Below, piece after piece: positions 13,350 to 25,369 of a stretch of DNA of 64,000 nucleotides; the first letter of the stretch is position 1; every line of letters starts with the position of its first letter. A program made the translations under genes and the position numbers. Under the pieces are notes generated by a model that had not been told where the DNA came from, made no database searches, and worked only from the letters and a program-made list of their open reading frames with translations. This stretch comes from Camelus ferus (lineage: Eukaryota): assembly GCF_009834535.1 (NCBI RefSeq), contig NC_045707.1, positions 50,718,001 to 50,782,000 of the forward strand, given 5' to 3'.

Positions 13350-15685
13350 ATATGCAATATCAATTACAATAGTTTCAAAAAACAAAATATATGCAAAAGG
13401 CTGAACATTAAAAACTATAAATATTGCAGAGAGAAATGAAAGAGAGATTTACTATGCTCACAAATTGGAAAACTCAATATTTTTAAAGTCAATCCTCTTC
13501 AAATTGATCTAGAAATTAAGTACAATCCCAATCAGGCTATTTCAGTAGAAATGGACAAATCATTCTAAAACTTTTTAGGAATAAAAAAGTCTAAAAGAGC
13601 TAAAATAATTTTTCAAAAAGAACAAAGTTGGAGGATTTATACCATCTGATTTCAAGACTTCTTATAAACTACAGTGATCCAGACAATGTGGTATCGGCAT
13701 AAGCATAGACTAATATTTCAATGGAATAAAACAGAGAAACCAGAAACCTAATCCTACTCACATAAGATCATTAGTTTTCAACAAAGATTTGAAAGTCATT
13801 CCATGAGGAAAGTTAGTCTTTTCAGCAAATTATGCTGGAATGAACAACTGGATAGTCATATGGGAAAAAAATTATCCTTGACCTCATGCTACACATAAAA
13901 ATTTATTTGAGATGGATCATTGATCTAAATGCAATAGCTAAAGGCACAAAATTTCTTGAAGAAAAGATAGGAGAAAATCTGCAACCTTGTGCTAGGCAAG
14001 TATTTCTCAAAACACACAAAAGCAGGAATCACAAAAACCAAAAGTGATAAATTGAACTTCATCAAAATTAAATGTTTTTCTCATAAAAGAATCACCATTA
14101 TGAAAATGAAGATACAGCTAACTACTTGTGGTTGGCTACAGTGGAGCAGGCATTAGCAATATATATATATGACAAATGATTAACATCCAAATTGTTTAAG
14201 AACTCTTACAACTCAACAATAAGGAAACAAACTACTAATTAAAAGTGGTCAAAAATTTTAAACATTTACTTCACGAAAGATACATAAATGGCCACAGAGC
14301 ACAACTAGCCAGCTTCACATCATTTGTCATTGGAGAAATGTAAATTGAAATCCAATGAACTTATCTGCCATGACCACTTCAGCTTGCAGGTGACCCGCAC
14401 CTGCCCCTGCATGGCTTCTCCTTATTTGACCTTGATTAGATATGATGGGGAGCAGCAAGTGGCTCACTAGGTGCTGAACAGTGGCACCAGGGAGGGGTAC
14501 TGGAGGATGGCCTGACTGGGTTAAGTTCTCTCTCTCCATCGAAAGAGGAGGGCAATAGCACCAGCTTTATTGCAAGGATAACAACACATAATGTGTACAA
14601 AATCCTCAACACACACAGTAAAACTTGCCCTTCTCACACTCGAAGTAAATGCTCAACAATTCTCTATTATTATTCATATTGTTTTTGTGTGTCCTCTGAA
14701 ACCAAGAAACAGTTGGCTCTGGGTTCTGCTTTTTAATTTTAGGATTAGTAAATAGACTGTAAATGCATTGCCCCGTATGGTGGCCACTAGACACATGTGC
14801 TTACTGAGCCCTTGAAATGTGGCTATAATGGAAATGTGCTGTAATGGAAAATACACACAGGACTTAGTATGAAAAAAATCATGTAAAATATCTCAATTTT
14901 TTATACTGATTACATGTTGGATTGTTAACATTTTGCATATATTGGGTTATATAAAAGATATTATTAAAAATTTATCTTAAACCAATGAGATATTACATAC
15001 TTATTAGAATGGCTAAAATGGACAAGAATGGCATTACCAAGTTAAGTGCTGACAAGGCTGTGGAGCAACTGAGTGAAAACTCACATATTGCTGGTAGGAG
15101 TGCAAAATGGTATAGCCACATTGAAAAATAGTTTGTCAGTTTCTTATAGAGTTAAACCCACTAATTCTACTCTTAGACATTAAGAGAAATGAAAACATTT
15201 GCCCACACAAAGACTTGTATACTAATAGTCATAGCAGCTTCGGTAATTGGAAATAATTGAAATATTCCTTAAAAGGTGACTAGATAAATAAATTATGCTA
15301 TCTACCTAAAACAGGATATTATTCAGCAACACAAAGTATCAAGTTACTGATATATATACAACAACATGGATAAATCTCAAAAATACGCTGAGTGAAAGAA
15401 GCCAGACAAAAAGGGAATAGTATTGTAGGTTTCCAGTTATATGAAAATCTAAAACAGACAAAACTAATCTCAACTAACAAAAAGCAAGTCAGTGGTTGTT
15501 TGGGGTGCTGGGACCAAGGAGGGAAGTATTGACTCCAAAGAATTCAAAGGAACTTTCTAGGATTATGAAAATGTTCTCTACCTTGATTAGATTGATGATT
15601 ATTAAAGTCGTCAACCCATGCACTTAAAATGGGTGCATTTTATTGAATATGAATTATACTCCAATAGGTCAATTTCTTAAAATAA
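13350..15685 (+). mobile_element. Old L1 (L1ME/L1MD-like): decayed ORF2 3' half plus 3' UTR, interrupted at 14359-14978
   Basis: L1 ORF2 DNA motifs (AAGAACAAAGTTGGAGGA...TGATTTCAAGACTT; GCTGGTAGGAGTGCAAAATGGTATAGCCAC) and a 3' end CACTTAAAATGGGTGCATTTTATTG. Confidence 0.85.
14764..14975. mobile_element. MER33-like hAT element, truncated
   Basis: GTATGGTGGCCACTAGACACATGTG...CTTGAAATGTGGCTA...GATTACATGTTG...ATATTGGGTTA. Confidence 0.75.
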
Positions 15686-15795
15686 CCTCTTATATTAGTT
15701 ATTCATAAAAATTACAGACTTAGAATATTTACTTGCTTGTTGTTGTTTTGAAAACTCAGGAACTCCCTGAGTGAAATCTGAAATTGGCCCCTGTA

Positions 15796-16166
15796 TGTGG
15801 AAGTCAAGGACAGACCAAAGAGAGAGGCAGACCTCTCCAGACTGGTAGGTGGTAAGTTTAATATGCAAGGGAACTTACATTTGAGGCTTGTCTTGGGTTG
15901 CCACAAAACAAATGGATCTCTGCACCCATCTGCCAGAATCTTAAAAGTTTCCATAGAGGCCTTAATGAGTTCAGTCACTTATACCATCCAGATGGTCTGC
16001 ACTGTGCATTCCTCTCTCAAAGCTGTGTCCTTAAAAGTGACTCCCACTGTGGGAAGGGTGAGGAGAACATACATTCCAAGGACATGGAGGGGAATGGAGA
16101 GCCTTCAATTATTCGGGGTCAGCTTGTGGGTCTTCAATCATGCCTTCTTAATGACCTCCTCCAACA
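15796..16166 (-). mobile_element. Probable solo ERV LTR
   Basis: ~370-bp block bounded by TG...CA, with ATTAAA on the minus strand near its 3' end and more GC-rich than its flanks. No TSD found. Confidence 0.55.
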
Positions 16167-17221
16167 TTAGTTTTCTCATTTATTATCTGCTTCACTCAGT
16201 AGACTGTGATTTCCACAAGGAGATGAACCATATCCCTTTTGTTAACTGTGTATCCAAGTCATATTGTACTTTGCCTGGCTTAAACAAGGCATCTTAATAA
16301 ACACATCTTGAATAAACAAATGCATGAATGAGTAAATGAGTAGTCATTTGCATCCCATTGCCTCTTACACACCCAGTTTCCTTAACTAAATCCAGAATCT
16401 GCAAGTCTGTTAATTTCCCTATTCTTGAACTCAGTCCATTACAAAATAAATAAAATTTGAATGTCTTCTGGGAATCATTAGGCTCTGAGATGTAGAGATA
16501 ACCTCTTGAAAACAATTCATAGGCAAAATAATACATAGTCCAAATCTATCCTAAAGTCTGTTAAAGGTTTGGAAACCTACCTTAATTAGGTACATAGATA
16601 TTTACTTCCACAGAGCCTTCTTACCCAGGAACTACCCAATCCTTCTTTACCTTTGAGTGAGGGGCAACTGAATTCCAGCCCAAGAGTCCCAGCTGGTTGA
16701 ACATTAAATATGCAGTAAGTCTAATCCACACACAACTGATTTGTATGAGTACTATTTTTTGGTAGAAATCAAGCATAGGATGCTATGATCTATGTCAGGT
16801 ATAAGAAGTGATTGCATAACTGATACACCAAAACAACCCATAAACTAACTTACAGTGGAAGCATTAAACCTACAGTTCAAGGAGTAAAGAGCCAGAAGTG
16901 TTTAGAATTCCACTATGCCCCAATACCATTGGAAAAATGGTGAGGACAGGGGGGCTTCTACTGCAAATGGTGTGTAATTGATACAATGTCATGTGAATCC
17001 CAAAGGTCAGGGCTCCTCAGCTGACCCCTGGATTACACTAAGTGCAGAAGTAGATTATAATGCAGGAGCCTATTCCTGTAAACAAAACCAGTGGGAGGGT
17101 AAGATATGAGAGATACGACTCAGAGCAATGTGGATAGGTAGAAACAGGGGAGGCCAGAAATTCTGGCCTCATTACATTTAGGTTTTGGAAGGGTGATGCA
17201 TTTTTTAAAATTATTTTTCTT

Positions 17222-17635
17222 GTATTAAGACTTTATTTTTTTAGAATAGTTTAAGGTAGTTGTCCCCCAACACATGCATAGCCTCTCTCATTATCAACAT
17301 CCCACATTAGAGTGGTACGTTTGTTGCAACTGATGAATCTACATTGACACATCATTATTACCTAAAGTCCACACTTTACATTATGGTTTATACTTGATGT
17401 TGTACATTCTATGAGTCTGGACAACTGTATAATGACATGAATCCAACATTATGGTATCACACAGAGTATTTTCACTGCCCTAAAAATCCTCCGTGCTCTG
17501 CCTACTCATTCCTCTACTTCTGCAAACCTGGAAACCACTTATCTTTCTACTACCTCCATAGTTTTGCTTTTTCCAGAATATCATATAGCTGGAATCATAC
17601 TGTATGTAGCCTTTTCAGATTGGCTTCTTGGTAAC
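17222..17635 (-). mobile_element. L1MC1-like 3' end
   Basis: AAGACTTTATTTTTTTAGA...ATTATCAACATCCC...TACATTGACACATCATTAT is the reverse of an L1MC 3' UTR. Confidence 0.8.
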
Positions 17636-17736
17636 TTATTTTTCAAACTTATTTTTCAAAGACTGGCAAGAATAAAGTATTAAGTAGTACAGGAATGTTT
17701 TCTGTTGAGCTGGTATGGTGCAGGAAATGGGATTAT

Positions 17737-18592
17737 AATTATCAGAGAAATGTAAATCAAAACCATAATGAAGTATCAAGTCATACCAGTCAGAATGGCC
17801 ATCATTCAAAAGTCTACAAATGATAAATGCTGGAGAGGGTGTGGAGAAAAGGGAGCTCTCCTTCACTATTGGTGGGAATGTAGTTTGGTGCAGCTGTTAT
17901 GGGAATCAGTATGGAGATTCCTCAAAAAACTAAAAATAGACCTACCATATGATCCAGCAATCCCACTCCTGGGTATATATCCAGAGGGAACCTTAATTCA
18001 AAAAGATACATGCACCCCAATGTTCATAGCAGCACTATTTACAATAGCCAAGACATGGACACAACCTAAATGTCTGTCAACAGATGACTGAATAAAGAAG
18101 TTGTGGCATATTTATACAATGGAATACTACTCAGCCATAAAAAAAATAATGCCATTTGCAGCAACATGGATGGAACTGGAGATTGTCATTCTAAGTGAAG
18201 TAAGCCAGAAAGAGAAAGAAAAGTACCATATGATATCACTTATATGTAGAATCTAAAAAAAAAAAAAGACAGATTTATTTACAAAACAGAAACAGACTCA
18301 CAGACATAGAAAAGAAACTTATGGTAACCAGACGGGAAGAGGGCGGGAAGGGATATAAATTAAGAGTTTGAGATCTGCAGATACTAACTACTACATATAA
18401 CATAGGTAAACAACAAGGTTCTACTGTATAGCACACAGAACTATATTCAATATCTTACAGTAACTTATAAGAAAATGAAAATGAATATGTGTATATATTT
18501 GTATGACTGAACTATTATGCTACACACCAGAAATTGACACAACATTGTAAACTGACTACAGTTTAATAAAACATATATATACAAAACAAAAA
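17737..18592 (+). mobile_element. Younger lineage L1, 5'-truncated: ORF2 C-terminus plus 3' UTR
   Basis: ORF 17768-18091 encodes the L1 ORF2p cysteine-rich C-terminus ([19 protein letters not shown]...[14 protein letters not shown]), cut by a premature TGA. Cetartiodactyl-type 3' UTR (ACAGACTCACAGACATAGA...CTACTGTATAGCACA), AATAAA and an A-rich tail. Confidence 0.93.
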
Positions 18593-20074
18593 TCAATGAA
18601 TCCAGCTGTGAGGAGTTGGGAGAGGAGAGACTAGTTAAATAGAGGCTGGGCTGATACAGGAACACACAATAAAAGTAACCATGCTCAGGAAGAGAGGGGC
18701 TTTGAGAGCAGGCAGTGTAACCAGTAGTGGGGAAGGGAGTAGCAAAAAGGACACTAAACAGAACCTTGGATTTGAACACACAACAGCTTAATAATGGTGA
18801 ATTTTGTTCTCTTCTTCCAAGTTCTTTCTTGTTACACATTTCAATTATGACTGAAAATGACTTGGAATAGGTAGTTTCAGGTGTGATTACCACATTTTAA
18901 GGAAGTCAGGTGTTACAGTCTTAAGGAGGGCAGCTTTCTCAGCTATTTTATTACAGTGAGTGAGTCTATTGAAGTTGATTACCTTTCAGTGATAGGAAGA
19001 GTGGCCTAAGTTGCCCTACTTCAAGCTTTTATTAGATTTTGTTGCTTTCAGAGAAATGACCAACTCTTTGGTCGATTCAAATCTTCTACTTTAAGAAGAG
19101 CTGGCTTCAATCTACTAAATATGTAAGCTGCAACTTCTACTAAAGCACTGGGCATCTGGTTAAAGATTTGCTATTTTCAAAAGTGTAAATGTTCAGTGGA
19201 TCTACCAATAACAGGGCATGACTAGGTTAGCATTTTTAAAATAAATAACTCCTACAGATGATTTAGAAAAATGGCATTTTTGTGGGAGCCAAGGGCTCAC
19301 AATGGACATTGGAAGGCTGATGTTAAGTTTTTTGGAGTAAAGCAGAAACTGATAATGAAACAGATATAATCTGGGGGGAAAAGAGGTCACTCTTGACTTT
19401 AAAAGCCATAATAAAGACGAAATGTAAACTACCAAATAAAATGAATATATATGGAACTTACATACTCACAAGCACGTGTAAATCATCTGGTAAATAATAC
19501 TATTCTTCTGTGTAGTTCTAACTATGTAGCCAAATATCTGGTCAGTGACTGTTAAACATTGCTTGACCATAAACTATACAGTACAACACTGCATAACAAT
19601 TTCACCAGCTGTTTGTAAGAGCACTTTTGTTTTGGTTTGATTCATTCAGTTCAGCTTGGGTTGGTTTGGATTGAATTTGAACAGGTGAGCTCTGAAAACA
19701 TGTATTTTTTGTCAACATAAGTCAATCTACCTCTCATTAAATGCTAATGTCACAAGACTGGAAGTAACATCAAAGATTTTTGCTACAAAGGCCACTAGCA
19801 CAATCAATATTACCTTGAATGTAGGTACAACTCTGGACCTGGACACACTCCAGTTATCCTGAGTGTAGTTGGGTGAATAAGGTCTTTATATTATAACTTA
19901 AAGGTTAGTAGGTTAAGATAACTTAATTGCTTCCAGAGAAAGTGAGACACAGAATTTCATCTTATCTGCATTCTGCTTCAGGGTAGAACTGTAATAACAT
20001 TTCACTGGACTTCAGCCACGGGTCATTTCACTCTCGGGTCCATTAGAAATAACAGAAAGTACCTGGGCTTTGTA

Positions 20075-20265
20075 GATCTTTGTAGATCTCAAATCCTAAC
20101 TCCACCACTAGCTGTGTGTCCCTGGGCAAGATATGTGACTTCTCTGGGATCCAGGTTCCTCCTCTGCAGTATAAGAATATATTATCTACTTCATAGAGTT
20201 TTGTGTAAATTAAATAAGTGAACACAGATAAAGCACTGAACCTAGGTTTTGAAAAATAGTAGGTT
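20075..20265 (+). mobile_element. MIR SINE
   Basis: TCAAATCCTAACTCCACCACTAGCTGTGTGTCCCTGGGCAAG...CTACTTCATAGAGTTTTGTGTAAATTAAATAAG. Confidence 0.8.
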
Positions 20266-21455
20266 CAAATACAAAAAAAATTAAAATTCTCTTCCCATAT
20301 TCAAGGAGAATTCTATGTGATTTCATTCACACAAGCTAGGGCCATCATCTACTTTATTTCTGTTTGTTTCCATTTCTTATCTCTAAGAAGGAATAGAGGC
20401 AGATTTTAATGACCATGTTCCCATTTTGCAGAGTGGAATTTGGGCACAGCCTAGCATTGATTTTGGTATGCCCATCCCCTCTGACACTCACTGGTTCCAT
20501 GTATGTGGCACCTTTTTGGTTGGTTTCTTAGGGTCTCCTTATACAAAGATTGCCTAAGCTGTGCCCCATTTTGATTTTTGGTTTTAGGCTGTTGGCTTTT
20601 CTCAAATTCTTAAACCCTGTGAGCTTCCACCATCTTCCCCTCCTCATAAGTTTGCTCCTCCCTTGATTTCAGTGGTCCTCTCACTGCAGAACATCACATG
20701 CTCTCCTGCGTTCTTGCTTGGGGCTAACCCAGGCCACAGCACATTTGGGAACACTTATCAAATGGTAATATTCTGAAAGCAATTTATCCTTTTTTTTTTA
20801 ATATTACATAAGAATGTAAGAATGAGATTACTTAGATATCAAGGCTTAATTACTCCTCAAAGTAATTTGTTTGGAAGTAACATAAGCAAATCTATAATAA
20901 AATTTTAGTAAACAGAAACGAATATAAGAAGTATTCTCGGTTCCCCTTATATTCAGTGACTATAAAAATTTTGGTCTGTTTTATTTTGTTTTTTTCCTTA
21001 AACCATGACATTTTTCTCTTTTAACACAATTATAGTCACAAGACACATGTTATTTTATATTCTGCCTTTTCACTTAACATTAATTTTTACAATGATTAAC
21101 AGTCATGCTTCAATATCCAAATTACTTCCCTAACAAGTAGATCTAATTCTATTTATCTAGTTTTCCATTTTGGATGAAAATTTAGGTTGTTTCCAAGTTT
21201 TGATTATTTAAACAATACTGTAATGAACACTTAATGCATAAGATTTATAATTCTCATGTTTATAATTTACTTTTTAGGATTCTCAGAAGTGAAATTACTG
21301 AATCAGAGTGGGCATATTTTGCTGTCTCATAGTGTAGTTGCCAAACTGCTTTCCAAAAGGAATATAAAAATTAATGCCAGGAGACTGATTCTGCCTGTAT
21401 CTCAGCTTTCAGCAGGATCAAGCTCCACATAGAAGTTGGAATTAGAGAACTTTTT

Positions 21456-21682
21456 TTAAAACACCTTTATTGTGGTATGATTCCTGTACAGTAAACTACA
21501 CATACTTCAGATGTACAATTTGATGAATTTTGATAGATGCATACACCAATCACCACCACAATCAACAGCTAACATTTCCATCACTTCCCAAGAGGTGCAA
21601 ATTTTGAATTCCGAATTTATTCCTTCCCACCCCCTTTACCCACTGGTAACCATAAGTTTGTTCTCTATGTCTGTGAGCCTGC
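21456..21682 (-). mobile_element. Short chimeric L1-derived retro-insertion with a perfect TSD
   Basis: TSD AGAGAACTTTTT at 21444-21455 and 21683-21694. The body joins a young L1 3' UTR piece to an old L1M-type tail. Confidence 0.8.
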
Positions 21683-24600
21683 AGAGAACTTTTTAAGTGG
21701 CTTTTGCTTCCTTATATCTTTTGCTTGGAAGGAAATTTGATGTATATTCCACTCAGCTTTGTCAAGTCTGTTCTGAGTCACTGTTATAGATATGTTCACT
21801 GATCTTGCAGTACTTCATGGAATAATATGGGGTATAAATACATGATACATTCACCAACCAAGCACATCTGAAATGTTTTTAAAGTTTTGGGGGAACACAG
21901 TCTTCCAGGTCTGTGTATTATATTCTAAATTTCAGTTGGTGTATAACTTCTGACAAGATCATTTTTCTTCTATAACTCTTTCTGAGGAAATTGCTACTTG
22001 GCTGTCACAAACCAATGATGCCCAGTTAGCACTATACATCAATATAATCATTTTGAAAACATATTAAAAAAAAAAGCTTATCAAGGAAAAAATACTAATA
22101 TATTTGAGCCAAATAATTTGTTCTTAAATTTTAGAGAAAAATGTTTATTGGAGCTAAATGCTCAAAAGCAACTTAAATATTCAACTGTAGAAAAAAGGTT
22201 ATGCAATGTAATTCATGCTGCATCAGCTGAATAATAGTAGAAGTGGACATCTGTGATATTTTCCTGCCCAATATGTACAATCTTATTTTCTGGTAGCCAT
22301 TCTCAAAATGAAATGCTGTAAAAATATCCTATACTATATTGAGTAAAAATATTAAAATGGCACCATTCTCAAAATAGTCAGAAATCATTGTTTTAAATAC
22401 ACAGCTGGGAAGAACTGTATTTCGACAAGGGGAAAAACTGGAAGAATTAAATCTGTGAACAAAAGTAGACTTTCACCCTTTTATGTCTTGATTCAATAGC
22501 AGTTCAGGCCAATATCAAAGAGCATTTGAGCTGAATTAAAAACTGAGTTAGGATAGAAGCATAAAATGAGTAAGGTAGACTAATACCCTAAGCACTGCTG
22601 AAAAATGTAGCCTTATTTTGTTACATATTATCTAGGTAAATTCAATATTAATTAAACATTCATAACATTATATGTAACATAAGATACATACATAGATAAC
22701 ATAAAATAAGTTAAATTGAATATATATTAATATGCCATGGTGATAAAAATTGAAAAATATGACTATTCTCAATTATCAAATTTAAATATATTATGTTCTC
22801 AATTATTGATATTTGGTAAAATCTCTTTTTAAGTCTGATTTTCTGAAGGGTTTCATCCAACAACATCCCTTCATCTTCTCACTCAGCAAGCATATATTTA
22901 CCACGGACCATGTGTAGGTATCGCTCTGGGCTGCTGTATCTGTGTCTATTTTCCAACATGTATTTTTTAGGAACACAACTGAATTTAATGTTAGCCCAAT
23001 TAAAAAAAATATAACTGGGAAGGTGACTGTAACTAAACAAATCATATAGGCCACCACAAAATCTAAAGTTTAGAATTTAGATATTCATTTAAATTCCATC
23101 TGTTAGCACTAATATATGTGAATTCCATATATTACCAATGTCTGTAACAGCTTCTGAAATTTAATTTTTATAAGCAGTGCTCAAAGACAAAAGGGAAAAT
23201 ATAGCATACAGAAAACTAAAAATTCAAGAAACATTATAACCTAGGACTACAAAACTTAGGGAAAGAAACTATTCCAAATAAATGAAATACAACCATGACA
23301 GAAAATAAAAATTAGATCTTATTCGAACTCATTTACCACAGAGTAGATTATTGGCCTAAAAGTCCTTTGGAAAATATTTGTACAAACAAAATCCAATGGT
23401 GTGACTATGCTGAATCCACCTCAGCATTCATTTCTAGTAGATAAGACATTTATGAAAATCATTGTCCTTGACTCTCTTAGTTTCAAAAATATGTTTACCC
23501 ATAGCTAAAGCACTTTTAATGAAATATTTTTCTTTGAAAGAGAAGGTTTGTTTGATATCCCACAGGGAACATAAACAATTCATTAGGAAAGAGTAAAACC
23601 CTCAGACCTGTGATACAATGTAATACGGAAGTGCAGCCTCCCCCAGCCCTCCAGAAGCATTAGCCATGCTTGCTAACATAATCTCCCAGTTTATCCTTCA
23701 AAGCTGCTTTTATCTTGGCAATGTTTCTCCAAGCAGCTGTGAGCTTTGCTCTTAGTGCTTGTGACCTCCCCCATCTTCATTACAGACGGTGAATCTTTGA
23801 CAAAGTGCCTTGAAACTTTGGCAAAAGGCTCTTCTTATACATACTTAGAAGGGGTCAACACATTTCTAGAAGCATAAAAGCTGATTATCTCTGTATTTGA
23901 GCACAAGACAAATACTCAGTGGTAGAAATGGACCACAGTGCACTGAAACAGACAGTAGCCTGTGGTTTAGTTCAGTTCTCTCCTGCAGAAAGGAGAGGAG
24001 AGATAAGAAGCTACTTCATGTGATTAGGGGAAAGAAAAATCTATACTTTACATAAGGGAATTTCTCCTGTGTTTTCTTAATGAACACAGAGAGAACTTGA
24101 GAGAGACTTTAAAGCTGTTAAAACTTTAAACATATTCTCTTTGGGGCTGGGAGAGTATGAATTTCCTAATTTCATCAGAACCATTAATGACTTCAGTTCC
24201 TTTCTTTTTCAACAGAGGAAGTGGAAGGATTCTTTACTGCACTATGATTTTGAAAAGCATTAGACAGCAGGAGAAGAGATTTGTAATCATGCTGTAGAAA
24301 GAAAAAAACATTTTTCTTCCCACTCTAGAAATGATTCTCATTGTTGAAATTCTAAAAGCTTTTAAAGGCTAGATAATTTATTGTAATGGAACATACTTAT
24401 GAGTTAGCATTTCATAATAACTGGGAGGTTATCTTTTCTCCCAGAAGGTTTATTGCTTTAAAGGATGTCTAAGCCTCCCATGAAGACTGCATGTTTTTAT
24501 TGCAACTATAAACTCAAAACAGAACTAAAAAAAGTCAAAAAGTGTGCATCCTTTCTCGTGTTCTTTTTTTCCCCCATGATTTCTTAAAAAGTCTTTTCCT

Positions 24601-25105
24601 CACCCAAATAACAAAGGTCAACAAAAGGAAGAGATCAAATGTCAGATAAAAAGGCCAGAACCAGGGGATAATTCTTGAAAGTAGGATAAGGAACATTGTC
24701 CAATGCCCAGGTAATTTGAAGTGCAGTAAAAGGGGAAAGGTACAAGCAGGGAAGGAAGCACAAGGTCCTGAAATTAGAAAGGGCAGGGAGCAACACCCTT
24801 GGACTCAAAATGTAGGCCTGTAAATACTTCACAGAGCAGGAGAGAGTGAGCAGAAGGAAGCTGCTGCTATTGCACTAGCAATATTGTCCTAGCTGCCGTG
24901 CCTGGCTACAGCCAAGCAGAGGTTCATTTACACAGCTAAATTAAGTGATATAATTACTGTGAAAAGAAATTTTTTTAAGATTTAGGTATAATTTATTTGA
25001 TTGAATTAAGTCAAATAAGGCATTTGTTTAATTCTGACCAGTTTTTGCAATACATAGGTCCATACTTACAAATGTGATAACTTGGATGAAATGCACGAAT
25101 TTCTT

Positions 25106-25369
25106 TTTTTTAATTGTAGTACAGTCAGTTTACAATGTTGTGTTAGTTTCTGGCGTACAGCATAGTGATTTAGTTATACATATACATTCTTTTTCACATT
25201 CTTTTTCATTATAGGCTTTTACAAGGTATTGAATGTACTTCCCTGTGCTATACAGTTGGACCTTGTTGTTTATCTATTTTATATACAGCAGTTAGTATCT
25301 GCAAATCCTGAACTCCCAATTTATCCTTCCACCCCACCACCATAACCAAAAGTTTATTTCTATGTCTGT
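25106..25369 (-). mobile_element. Young L1 3' UTR fragment nested in the L1MC
   Basis: Reverse-complement similarity to 18300-18565. TSD GAAATGCACGAATTTCTT (25088-25105) / GAAGTGTACAAATTTCTT (25370-25387). Confidence 0.88.

Noticed and set aside
15797..16297. 166-aa ORF
   Set aside because: Starts at a GTG, lies across a probable LTR and an L2 tail, and resembles no protein I know; likely a chance ORF.
17768..18091. 107-aa ORF as a host gene
   Set aside because: It is the C-terminal fragment of L1 ORF2p in a 5'-truncated copy.
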